From the NCBI GenBank assembly GCA_049287005.1, contig JBAQEZ010000003.1, forward strand, positions 31,493-95,492: a stretch of 64,000 nt of DNA. The letters are read 5' to 3'. Shown here piece after piece: positions 10,023 through 18,356 of the stretch. Under the pieces are notes generated by a model, which saw only the letters and a list, made by a program, of their open reading frames with translations, was not told where the DNA came from and did no database searches. The stretch's first letter is position 1; each line of letters opens with the position of its first letter. Origin of the DNA: Candidatus Moraniibacteriota bacterium. Lineage in GTDB: Bacteria > Patescibacteriota > Minisyncoccia > Moranbacterales > UBA1568. A program made the position numbers and the translations under genes.

Positions 10023-10379
10023 CTACTCCGGGCAGACGCGAAAGGTTTGCGTCCCAAGGGACCTACCGTTCTCGTCGAAGATTTTCTTCGACTCCCGATA
10101 ACATTCTTGTTGGGAAGCCGGTGCCCGTGGCCGCTCCACGTAGACAACAGGTGCGGGAGGAGGCACATAATAAGCAGGCGGAACGTAGTACGCGGGAGGC
10201 GCTACATACGACGGCCTCGTGAGTAGGTATCCGACACCGGCCCCGATAACAAGCGGGGTAAACCAACCGCCGCCGTGATGTCCGCCGCCACGATGTCCGC
10301 CGCGGTACCCCCGGTCGGCCGATGCCGTACCGGTAACAGTGAGCAGCAAAACCACCAACAGCATTTTGATTGCTTTCAT
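10023..10379 (-). CDS. Small secreted protein, Gly/His-rich with PAYYVPP repeats (hypothetical)
   Basis: Taken from internal Met13: MKAIKMLLVVLLLTVTGTASA signal peptide, then GGHRGGGHHGGGW, PPAYYVPPAYYVPPPAP and a C-terminal Cys pair. No recognisable family. Confidence 0.45.
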   Translation of the reverse strand: MKAIKMLLVVLLLTVTGTASADRGYRGGHRGGGHHGGGWFTPLVIGAGVGYLLTRPSYVAPPAYYVPPAYYVPPPAPVVYVERPRAPASQQECYRESKKIFDENGRSLGTQTFRVCPE

Positions 10380-10513
10380 GACTTCTCCTCTCGTGTAGGT
10401 GGCGCTAAGCACCAAAATGGAACAACAATTTCAAAGGAACTATTCAATTTTATATATTACACTAAAAAACGTGAAGTGTCAAGCCAATAATGGTATTACT
10501 GGCTTGTATAAGG

Positions 10514-10551
10514 CATTTTTTAAAAACAAAACAGGCCTTTTCGGACCTGTT
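10514..10551 (-). terminator. Intrinsic terminator downstream of the 10599-11162 membrane protein gene
   Basis: Hairpin AACAGGCC-TTTTC-GGACCTGTT; on the minus strand it is followed by a T-run (TTTGTTTTTAAAAAA). Confidence 0.5.
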
Positions 10552-10598
10552 CTTTTCTTTATTCTTCCAAAGCGACAAGCTCCAAACCGCTCGCTCGT

Positions 10599-11162
10599 TT
10601 AGTTTTTGTACAATTCCTTGACTTGGAAAAGAATGTACCAGCCGATGATGGCGCTGATAGCCCCGCCGATAATATTGAAAGCGAGGATGCTACCGATCAG
10701 ACTCACGATGCTGGCATAAAAAACCAAGTTCCATCCGCCTTTAGTACGTTTGAAAAGTCCCGGTACGGCCATCACTTCCATGACGAGTGTAATGACAGCA
10801 ACCGCCAGCGATATGATGGCTCTGAGTCCCCAGCCGAATCCCCAGCCAGCACCCATCATAGCAAACGGTGTCAAGACAGCTGAAAGGCCGAGAGCGGCAA
10901 AAATAAACGGGAGTGCCAGAACAGCAAAAACGATTACGAGGTACGGCGATACTTTCGCAATGAATTCCTTCAGCTCCGCCGGGAGAGCAAAGGGAGCTTT
11001 TTTTACCATATATTCATCGAGCAGCGCCTCGAGCTGACCGATTATATTTTTCGTTTCTGCCTTCATGTTGCCGGTGCTATTCGCAGCGCCAGACTGATTC
11101 TGCCCGCCCTGATTTGACGCACCACTCGCTTCGCCTTGCGGCACATTGCCTTCCATATGCAT
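10599..11162 (-). CDS. Hypothetical integral membrane protein (about 4 TM, Gln/Gly/Ser-rich N-terminal tail)
   Basis: Hydrophobic helices VSPYLVIVFAVLALPFIFAAL, AIISLAVAVITLVMEVMAV and others. Intrinsic terminator downstream. Confidence 0.5.
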   Translation of the reverse strand: MHMEGNVPQGEASGASNQGGQNQSGAANSTGNMKAETKNIIGQLEALLDEYMVKKAPFALPAELKEFIAKVSPYLVIVFAVLALPFIFAALGLSAVLTPFAMMGAGWGFGWGLRAIISLAVAVITLVMEVMAVPGLFKRTKGGWNLVFYASIVSLIGSILAFNIIGGAISAIIGWYILFQVKELYKN

Positions 11163-11166
11163 ATGA

Positions 11167-11649
11167 TTAAAAGTAAACGTCTTCCCCTTCCCCTATTATA
11201 TTCCCCTCTTCGATTTCACGCAAAATTTCCGCCGGGATCGGGTTACGTTTGGGGCTGACTCCCGGGTAGCGCCAGGCGCTGATGATACGCAAGCTGGTAG
11301 CTGGTAGCGGGTAGCGGGTAGGAAGAGAGGGTTGGGCATTCTTTTTTTGTTGTTGGTTTCTGATAATAAACATCACCCAGATTTCCTGCTTCCATGTTTC
11401 CTTGCCCTCCGCCTTTTTTATCGACACCGGTTGCATCACCGCCACCGTCTTCGGCACGATGCCCTCTTCGCGGCGCTTGGGGTTGCGGATCACGCTCTTC
11501 ACTCTCTGTTCAGAGAGGCCATACTGCTGCATCTTGTGCTGGGCATGCAGCGTAAACTGATATTGCCCCTTGCCTGATGCATTGACCTTCCGTCTCTCCT
11601 CAAAGCGCTCCTTGGCCTTGCGCACGAAATCCTGATAAGGGGAACCCAT
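11167..11649 (-). CDS. Hypothetical protein, possibly with a DUF4258-like core (very tentative); carries an in-CDS heptanucleotide repeat
   Basis: Segment YQFTLHAQHKMQQYGLSEQRVKSVIRNP...TVAVMQP is loosely reminiscent of DUF4258. It is 4 nt downstream of, and probably co-transcribed with, the membrane protein gene. Confidence 0.4.
   Translation of the reverse strand: MGSPYQDFVRKAKERFEERRKVNASGKGQYQFTLHAQHKMQQYGLSEQRVKSVIRNPKRREEGIVPKTVAVMQPVSIKKAEGKETWKQEIWVMFIIRNQQQKKNAQPSLPTRYPLPATSLRIISAWRYPGVSPKRNPIPAEILREIEEGNIIGEGEDVYF
11293..11320. repeat. Heptanucleotide tandem repeat (GCTGGTA)2(GCGGGTA)2 inside the 11167-11649 CDS
   Basis: Read directly from the sequence: four tandem 7-bp units, 28 bp in total. 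Confidence 0.7.
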
Positions 11650-11778
11650 ACTTCAATGATCAATCATCAAGCTCCAACCACCAAGGAAATTTCAATATTC
11701 AATCGTCAACAATCAAACGTTCTCTGTTTGGTTATTCGGAAACTGGTCATTGAACGTTCCTTGTGTCTTGGAATTCGG

Positions 11779-12681
11779 TTATTGGTTATTATCAACATTC
11801 ATCCCCCGGAGTGCGGCTATCCTTTCCTCGATTGGCGGATGAGTCATGAATAATTTTGTCACATTTTTCCCCTTGAAAGGATTGGCGATATACAGATGCG
11901 CGGTCGCCCGATTGGCGGCTTCGAGCGGCTCCGTGTCACCGGAAATTTTTTGCAGGGCGCTCGCCAAGCCCTCTGGATAACGCGTCAGGAGCGCCCCGGA
12001 GGCATCCGCCAGAAACTCCCGCTTGCGAGAAATGGCTAATTGTATGAGCATGGCGGCTAGCGGCGCCAGAAGAGACAAGATGATCGCTGCCACCATCAAG
12101 ATGACCTGAAGCTGGTTCTTATTATCATTATCGCGGCTGCCCCCGAACCACGCCCAGTGACGGAACCAGTCCGCCAGGAGCGCCACAAAGCCGACGAGGA
12201 TCACGACCACGGTGGACAGCAGTGTGTCACGATTGCCGATATGGGAAAGCTCGTGAGCGATCACTCCTTCCAATTCTGTTTTGTCCAGACGCCCGATGAT
12301 GCCGGTCGTGAGACAGATCACCCCGTGCTTTGGATCGCGCCCCGTGGCAAAAGCATTCATCGCCGTATCCTCGATGATATATATTTTTGGCAGAGGCAAG
12401 CCGGCTGTGATAGACAGATTCTCTACCAAACGATAGGTTTCTTTGTTCGCTTCAAATGTCAATTCTTTGGCGCCGCTCATCGAGAGCACGATCCTGTCGC
12501 TCCACCAGTAGGAAACGAAGCTGGTCACCATCGAAAACGCGACCGCCACATACAGGATCAGGCTCGATTGCATCGCTCCCGCAAAGACATACCCGACCCC
12601 GATGACGAACACCAGAAAAAGCGTGATGTATATCCACGTCAGCCGGATATTCTTGTCGTACTCGTTATACAGTGTTGCCAT
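11779..12681 (-). CDS. htpX: Zinc metalloprotease HtpX (peptidase M48)
   Basis: HEXXH motif HELSHIGNRD, four TM segments and the conserved LemA neighbour. Confidence 0.9.
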   Translation of the reverse strand: MATLYNEYDKNIRLTWIYITLFLVFVIGVGYVFAGAMQSSLILYVAVAFSMVTSFVSYWWSDRIVLSMSGAKELTFEANKETYRLVENLSITAGLPLPKIYIIEDTAMNAFATGRDPKHGVICLTTGIIGRLDKTELEGVIAHELSHIGNRDTLLSTVVVILVGFVALLADWFRHWAWFGGSRDNDNKNQLQVILMVAAIILSLLAPLAAMLIQLAISRKREFLADASGALLTRYPEGLASALQKISGDTEPLEAANRATAHLYIANPFKGKNVTKLFMTHPPIEERIAALRGMNVDNNQ

Positions 12682-12775
12682 ACTATGAAAAGAATCACGA
12701 ATTATGAATCAGGAATCAAGAAGAGAATCCTTTTTTATTCATACTTCATGATTCTTCGTTCCCGATTCCCGCTCT

Positions 12776-13327
12776 TTAGAACGCGACTTTCACCGGTTCT
12801 TTCTCGCCGTCAGCGACTTCGAAAAATTCACGCTTCGCAAAAGAAAATATGCTCGCGATAATATTGCTCGGAAACATATCGATCTTGTTGTTGAGTTCAA
12901 GGACATTGCCATTATAGAAACGTCGGGCAGCCTGGATCTTATTTTCCGTATCGGACAATTCACGCTGCAATTCGAGGAAATTCTGATTGGCTTTCAGGTC
13001 CGGATACGCCTCAGCCACGGCGAAGAGCGACTTGAGCGTTCCCGAGAGCATGTTCTCCGCTTCTGCCTTGCTCTCTGGCGTGCCGGCCTGCATCGCAGCC
13101 GTACGAGCAGCAGTCACCTTTTCAAACAATCCTGATTCATGAGCGGCATAACCTTTCACGGTATTGATGAGGTTCGGAATAAGGTCATAGCGGCGCTTGA
13201 GCTGGACGTCGATATCGCTCCAGGCTTCGCTCACGCGATTCTTGAGCTGCGCCAAGCCGTTGAATATCATGATAATGTATACCGCGAACAGTCCAAGCGC
13301 GATGAGGACGATCAATGTTGCGTTCAT
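12776..13327 (-). CDS. lemA: LemA family protein
   Basis: An N-terminal TM helix followed by RYDLIPNLINTVKGYAAHE...FAVAEAYPDLKANQNF...RRFYNGNV is the LemA signature. Confidence 0.85.
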   Translation of the reverse strand: MNATLIVLIALGLFAVYIIMIFNGLAQLKNRVSEAWSDIDVQLKRRYDLIPNLINTVKGYAAHESGLFEKVTAARTAAMQAGTPESKAEAENMLSGTLKSLFAVAEAYPDLKANQNFLELQRELSDTENKIQAARRFYNGNVLELNNKIDMFPSNIIASIFSFAKREFFEVADGEKEPVKVAF

Positions 13328-13452
13328 AAGGTTTTTCCCTTGTTAGTAGTTACCTCGTCCTTACAGAGTACCAAATTGCAGGAAAAATGCAACGTGATAT
13401 ACTATGCGTACCGACACACGTCTTTTCCATCGTAATCCAATAACTCGCTTCT

Positions 13453-13899
13453 ATGGAATCGTACCAGACATACTTGGTGTTTCTCATCCCTATCACGGTC
13501 GGCATCATCACCCAGATCATCAAGTTCATCCTCTATACCATCAAGCACGGCTGGGATATAGAATACGCTTTCACCCACGGGCATATGCCGAGCGCCCATA
13601 CCAGCCTCGTCATCTCGCTGCTCGTGACCATGGCGCATTACGAAGGGGTGAACTCGGCCGCGTTCGCTCTCTCGGCGGTTCTCTCGTTCATCGTCATCGA
13701 TGATGCCGCTCGCATCCGCATGTATTTGGGCGATCAGGGGCGCTATCTGAATATGCTCATCGATCAGCTCAAGGGAGAAATCGATGAAAGCCAGTTCCCT
13801 CGCTTGAAAGAACGCGTCGGGCACCGTGTCAGCGAAATCATCGGCGGCGCCTTTATCGGATTTTTTCTCACACTCTTGTTCATCTACCTTCTCCAATAA
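13453..13899 (+). CDS. Divergent PAP2 family membrane protein (DUF212 / YuiD-like)
   Basis: THGHMPSAHTSLVISL motif on a four-TM architecture; 148 aa. Confidence 0.7.
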   Translation: MESYQTYLVFLIPITVGIITQIIKFILYTIKHGWDIEYAFTHGHMPSAHTSLVISLLVTMAHYEGVNSAAFALSAVLSFIVIDDAARIRMYLGDQGRYLNMLIDQLKGEIDESQFPRLKERVGHRVSEIIGGAFIGFFLTLLFIYLLQ

Positions 13900-13980
13900 T
13901 TTTTCATCTTGTAAAAACAGACAAAAAAATCCCCCTACCAAGACATCTGGTAAGGGGTTTTCGTCGCGGCGCGGCGATAG

Positions 13981-14874
13981 CTATTCGTCTACTGCCAACC
14001 GTGTCAGCGCCTGATGGTACTTCTCTGCGGTCTTTGCGATGATTTCATAGGGCAAGCGTGGCGCGGGAGCCTTCTTGTCCCAAGGTTGTGTTTCCAACCA
14101 ATCACGCACGAACTGCTTATCGTATGATGGCGGGCTCGTGCCTATCCGATACTCTTCGACGGGCCAGAAGCGAGAAGAGTCTGGGGTCAGCACCTCGTCG
14201 ATCAGGCAGAGTTTGCCGTCTGCGTCAATTCCGAACTCGAACTTGGTGTCGGCGATGATGATACCGCGTGCGGCGGCATACGCTGCCGCATGAATGTAGA
14301 GCGCCCGCGCCGTATCGCGGATGCGCCAAGCCATAGTGACACCGATGAGCTTCTCGGTCTGCTCGAACGAGATGTTTTCGTCATGCTGGCCGGCCGGGGC
14401 TTTGGTGGACGGCGTGAAGAGCACTTTCGGCAACTTCTCTGCCTGCCTGAGGCCAGAAGGAAGCGTGATGCCGCAGACGGCACCGGTTTTCTGGTAATCC
14501 TTCCAGCCAGAGCCGATGAGATAGCCGCGTACGATGGCTTCGATGGGGAGCGACTTCAGTTTCTTCGCCACTACAGCGCGCCCGCGCACCTGTGCCCGCT
14601 CCGACTCACCAGAAACCACTGCTGTTGGGTCGATGCTGGTCATATGATGAGGTGTCAAATGGCCGAACTTCCAGAACCAGAAATTCGATAAGGCTGTCAA
14701 CACTTCGCCCTTGCCCGGTATCGGATCATCGAGAACAACATCGAAAGCGGACAGACGGTCAGTCGTCACGATGAGGAGCAATTCGTCACTGATGGCGTAC
14801 GTATCGCGGACTTTGCCGCGGTGTACAAGAGGAAGGGACTGGATGCTGGATTCGAAAAGAACTGCTTCGTTCAT
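13981..14874 (-). CDS. purC: Phosphoribosylaminoimidazole-succinocarboxamide synthase (SAICAR synthetase, long ADE1-type)
   Basis: [30 protein letters not shown]...[32 protein letters not shown]. Confidence 0.9.
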   Translation of the reverse strand: MNEAVLFESSIQSLPLVHRGKVRDTYAISDELLLIVTTDRLSAFDVVLDDPIPGKGEVLTALSNFWFWKFGHLTPHHMTSIDPTAVVSGESERAQVRGRAVVAKKLKSLPIEAIVRGYLIGSGWKDYQKTGAVCGITLPSGLRQAEKLPKVLFTPSTKAPAGQHDENISFEQTEKLIGVTMAWRIRDTARALYIHAAAYAAARGIIIADTKFEFGIDADGKLCLIDEVLTPDSSRFWPVEEYRIGTSPPSYDKQFVRDWLETQPWDKKAPAPRLPYEIIAKTAEKYHQALTRLAVDE

Positions 14875-14979
14875 GCTTCTCTCCTTGAGTTGGTTCTCGG
14901 ATTGAGGAAAACAGAAAGCGGTGCAAAACCGCCTCGTGACAATACAATAAGGGAACCCTCGCTTGGAGTCAACCCCGCA

Positions 14980-16242
14980 CTACCCCGCATGCTCCAGGGT
15001 TGCCAATTCTTCCTCAATCACTTTCCGCTCGTGCCACGGAATCCTCTGCGCGCCGATGGCCATGGTTTCCTCGGCTCCCTTGCCGGTGACGAGGACGATA
15101 TCGCCGATTTCAGCCAAAGAGAGCGCTTTGCGTATCGCGGTCCGGCGATCGAAAATACGAAAATACTCTTTATCCTTCTTTTTGGTCACCCCCTTCTCGA
15201 TGTCATCGATGATCTGCTCTGGATCTTCATAATAAGGGTCTTCGTTGGTGAGAACGATGATATCCGCGTACCCGGAGGCGATTTCCCCCATCTGCGGACG
15301 TTTGCCCCGATCGCGCTCCCCGCAAGCGCCGAAGACATGAATGATTTTCGTGCCCGGGATCTTGAGCGGCAGGATCGAAGCATACAGTTTTTCGAAAGCA
15401 TCCGGGGTCACCGCGTAATCGATGATGATGTCGGCCTGCTTCGCGTTCGGCACGAGCTCCATCCGTCCAGGTATGCTGACCACGCTTGCCAAAGCTTCCG
15501 CCGCGGTCGGAAAATCAATGCCGAGTAACTGTGCCACGCCCAATGCCGCCAAAGCATTTTCAATATTGAATAACCCCGGCAAACACAGATGAAAACGAGT
15601 ACCGTCAACCGTAAACTCTGTCCCGGCGAAATCCAGCTCGACATGCTCCGCGAATAAATGAGCGTGCTGATCTTTGGTGCTGTAGAAAAGCGCTTGCTGT
15701 TTCGCGTCGACGCAGAAAGAGTCCGGCTCTTCCATGTCCAAATTGATGACCGCTTGCTTGGCCAAACGAAACAGGCGGCATTTGGCTCGGCGATACTCCT
15801 CCATCGTTTTGTGATAATCCAAATGCTCGCGCGTCACATTGGTCATGACGGCGATGACATAAGGAATCCCCCACACGCGATGCTGATCGAGGGCATGCGA
15901 AGATGTTTCGATGACGGCGTACTCGCAGCCCACTCGCACCGCTGCCCGCAAAAACTTCTGTAACTTCCAGGCTGACAGAGTCGTAAACTTCGAGTCGTTC
16001 ACCCATTTTTTGTCTCCGATCTGAAAGTTGATAGTCGAGGCGACGGCCACTTTGTTCTCGGCTCGCTCCAGAATGCGCGCGATGAACTGCGTCGTCGTCG
16101 TTTTGCCGTTCGTCCCCGTCACTCCGATCACCTGCAGTTCTTTCCCGGGAAAACCGAAACAGAAGCACGCCACAAGAGACTGCACCATGTGGTACCAATT
16201 CTTGAAAACTTGCGGGACAATTTTTGAGAAAAAGCGTTTCAT
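14980..16242 (-). CDS. murE: Mur ligase family protein, MurE-like (UDP-MurNAc-tripeptide synthetase) with a short N-terminal region
   Basis: GVTGTNGKTTTT P-loop, TREHLDYHKTMEEYRRAKCRLF, and the C-terminal GACGERDRGKRPQMG...VLVTGKGAEE. The N-terminal UDP-binding domain is largely missing (only about 40 aa lie before the P-loop). There is a 4-nt overlap with the femAB gene. Confidence 0.75.
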   Translation of the reverse strand: MKRFFSKIVPQVFKNWYHMVQSLVACFCFGFPGKELQVIGVTGTNGKTTTTQFIARILERAENKVAVASTINFQIGDKKWVNDSKFTTLSAWKLQKFLRAAVRVGCEYAVIETSSHALDQHRVWGIPYVIAVMTNVTREHLDYHKTMEEYRRAKCRLFRLAKQAVINLDMEEPDSFCVDAKQQALFYSTKDQHAHLFAEHVELDFAGTEFTVDGTRFHLCLPGLFNIENALAALGVAQLLGIDFPTAAEALASVVSIPGRMELVPNAKQADIIIDYAVTPDAFEKLYASILPLKIPGTKIIHVFGACGERDRGKRPQMGEIASGYADIIVLTNEDPYYEDPEQIIDDIEKGVTKKKDKEYFRIFDRRTAIRKALSLAEIGDIVLVTGKGAEETMAIGAQRIPWHERKVIEEELATLEHAG

Positions 16243-17255
16243 GAAAATATATTGAGTGAACGGATGATGGCTTGCAATCGGCGGAGGAAAGTATACAAAA
16301 AATAGGCTCTGGAATCAAGGATCATATCATAGGAACCCGGAAAAACAATCGGTTGTGTGCTCGGCGCAAATCCGCTCTTGAAACGCGTAATCCCCTTCCA
16401 ACCGTTTCTTCCGTCCTTCCTGATTCCTGATTCCTGATTCATTCGCGTTTTCACTCCCCCGAAATCATATTCCGTACAACCCCTCTCTTTCGCGTATTTG
16501 ATCTGCTCCCACTGGAGCAGATACGGGGCCATCGCATCACGATGCTCATTGCTTGATCCGCCATGCAAATAGATCGCCCTGCCTTCGAAAACGACCAGGA
16601 GATTGGCCGCGATGACTCGCCCGGCGTATTCTGCCACGAACAACTGGCACATGCCTTCCGGAAAAGCAGTAAAAAGATGTTCGTAGTGGCTCCGTGGATG
16701 CGGGACGATTTCTTTGCGATCCGCTGTCGCTTCGATAAGAGCAAGAAAGATCTGCTGGTATTTTTCGTCACGCGTGGTGAACACTCTCACTCCGCGCTTT
16801 TCCGCCAAGCGGATATTATAACGGGTCTTCGGTTTCATCGCGGCAAGTAATGCTGCTTCTGACTTCGCGATGTCTATCACGAAAATCTCCCGCGGCTGCA
16901 TATCATGTGACGCTTTTATGACCCTATACGGAACAGCCTTCCGTATCTCTACGAGCAATGTTTCTGCCTCAGGCTCGATGCGTATCCAACCCGCCTGTTC
17001 GACTCTGGCTTTTTCCAGAAGTTCCCGCATGCCATGCTTGATTCCCGATTCTTGATTCCCGCTTCCGACTATCGGTCCTCTCGGCACATACAAATACTTT
17101 CCCACGCAGGGAAGCCGATGAACGATTCCATTGGACAAGAAGTTATCCGAGGAACAGCGAACCACTGTTTTATCGGTAGCTACCTGAAACGCGAGCCACT
17201 CTTCAGATTGGAGAAATTCTGGTGTCTGATCCATTCCTTTAGTTTTTCTTGCCAA
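16239..17255 (-). CDS. FemAB-family peptidoglycan interpeptide-bridge aminoacyl transferase
   Basis: 338 aa. The KPKTRYNIRLAEKRGV...LYLHGGSSNEHRDAMAPYLLQWEQIKYAKERGCTEYDFGG pattern is typical of FemX/FemAB. It is co-directional with murE. Confidence 0.75.
   Translation of the reverse strand: MARKTKGMDQTPEFLQSEEWLAFQVATDKTVVRCSSDNFLSNGIVHRLPCVGKYLYVPRGPIVGSGNQESGIKHGMRELLEKARVEQAGWIRIEPEAETLLVEIRKAVPYRVIKASHDMQPREIFVIDIAKSEAALLAAMKPKTRYNIRLAEKRGVRVFTTRDEKYQQIFLALIEATADRKEIVPHPRSHYEHLFTAFPEGMCQLFVAEYAGRVIAANLLVVFEGRAIYLHGGSSNEHRDAMAPYLLQWEQIKYAKERGCTEYDFGGVKTRMNQESGIRKDGRNGWKGITRFKSGFAPSTQPIVFPGSYDMILDSRAYFLYTFLRRLQAIIRSLNIFS
16421..16441. repeat. Heptanucleotide tandem repeat (TGATTCC)x3 inside the femAB CDS; a related 14-bp tandem duplicate TTGATTCCCG[A/C]TTC x2 lies at 17047-17074
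   Basis: Read directly from the sequence. The coding strand is GGAATCA x3, encoding NQESGIR; the second site encodes GSGNQESGIK. Confidence 0.7.
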
Positions 17256-17814
17256 GATTTTTCAACGCCTGTCGGATGCGCTTGCTCACGTCCGTGATGT
17301 CTGCCGGCACCAGCTTGAGGGCTTCGCGCGCCTCCGTCACAGAATACCCGAGCGATGTGAGCGCTTCGATCGTATCCTGCCCCGAGAGGGCGCTGGCCTG
17401 ATCTTCGATATTGACCGCATCCACCTTATTCTGCAACTCAATAATGACGCGCTCAGCAGTCTTCTTGCCCACGCCAGACACCCGGGTCAGGATGCCCGGA
17501 TCCTTGTTCACGATAGCCGTGCAGATTGTTTTGACATCGGCGATAGAAAGGATCGACAACGCTACTTTCGGTCCGATACCGGAAATAGAAATGAGAAGCT
17601 CGAACATTGTCAGCTCTTCTTCGTTGAGAAAACCATACAACGAGAGCTGGTCTTCGCGCACGTGCGTGTGAATATGGAAAAACACCTGTTCCTGGCCAGC
17701 CACCTTGCCCAGCGTATAGGAAGAAACAGCCACCCTGTAACCGACGCCGCCGACCATCACGATCACCGCGCTTCCTTTTATTCCAGCAATTTTCCCTTCA
17801 AGTTGTGCAATCAT
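17239..17814 (-). CDS. ruvA: Holliday junction DNA helicase RuvA
   Basis: MIAQLEGKI...VGGVGYRV N-terminal OB fold, helix-hairpin-helix motifs ISGIGPKVALSIL and VSGVGKKTAERV, and a C-terminal domain. Confidence 0.9.
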   Translation of the reverse strand: MIAQLEGKIAGIKGSAVIVMVGGVGYRVAVSSYTLGKVAGQEQVFFHIHTHVREDQLSLYGFLNEEELTMFELLISISGIGPKVALSILSIADVKTICTAIVNKDPGILTRVSGVGKKTAERVIIELQNKVDAVNIEDQASALSGQDTIEALTSLGYSVTEAREALKLVPADITDVSKRIRQALKNLGKKN

Positions 17815-17975
17815 AGGATAAGGATCGAGAATAGAATGTAATGAATACTTGCCACACGCCTACAGGATACCATCTCGGTCACTTTCTTGCCAAAAAGGCC
17901 ATAGCGTGCTAAAAAGGATAGGTCTCAGTTTTCTCTTTTGTGTCTGCATAACTCATCGCTAATCGCTCAATAATT

Positions 17976-18248
17976 ATGCCAATCAAGAAATCAGCCAAAA
18001 AATACATGCGCGTCACCGCGAAGAACACGGTGCGCAATAAAATAGCCACTGGCGTAGTCAAAAGCGCGACCAAAAAGACCCGCGAAGCCGTCAAGTCTGG
18101 CAGCATCGATGAAGCACAAGAATGGCTCAAGAAAGCTATCAAATCTATCGACAAGGCTGCTCAGAAAAAGATTATCAAGAAAAATACTGCTGCCCGTAAA
18201 AAATCCCGTCTCAATGCTTTCGTCAAGAACGCCGCTACCAAAAAGTAG
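17976..18248 (+). CDS. rpsT: 30S ribosomal protein S20
   Basis: MPIKKSAKKYMRVTAKNTVRNK...; 90 aa and Lys/Ala-rich. Followed by a terminator. Confidence 0.9.
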   Translation: MPIKKSAKKYMRVTAKNTVRNKIATGVVKSATKKTREAVKSGSIDEAQEWLKKAIKSIDKAAQKKIIKKNTAARKKSRLNAFVKNAATKK

Positions 18249-18268
18249 CAAGGGGCAGATAGCAAGGA

Positions 18269-18296
18269 AAAAAGAGCCTGGCGGCTCTTTTTTTAT
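18269..18296 (+). terminator. Intrinsic terminator after rpsT
   Basis: AAAAGAGCC-TGGC-GGCTCTTTTTTTATTT: a GC stem followed by a T-run. Confidence 0.6.
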
Positions 18297-18356
18297 TTCT
18301 TTCCGCTCTTCTTCTTTCCTTTGCTCCATCCTGCTTATTCCGTGCCCCTTCTGTAT

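Noticed and set aside
12692-17074. CRISPR array suggested by repeated GATTCC-type motifs
   Set aside because: The units are 7 bp and directly tandem or inside coding sequence. There are no 25-40-bp repeats separated by unique spacers and no cas genes, so this is not a CRISPR array.
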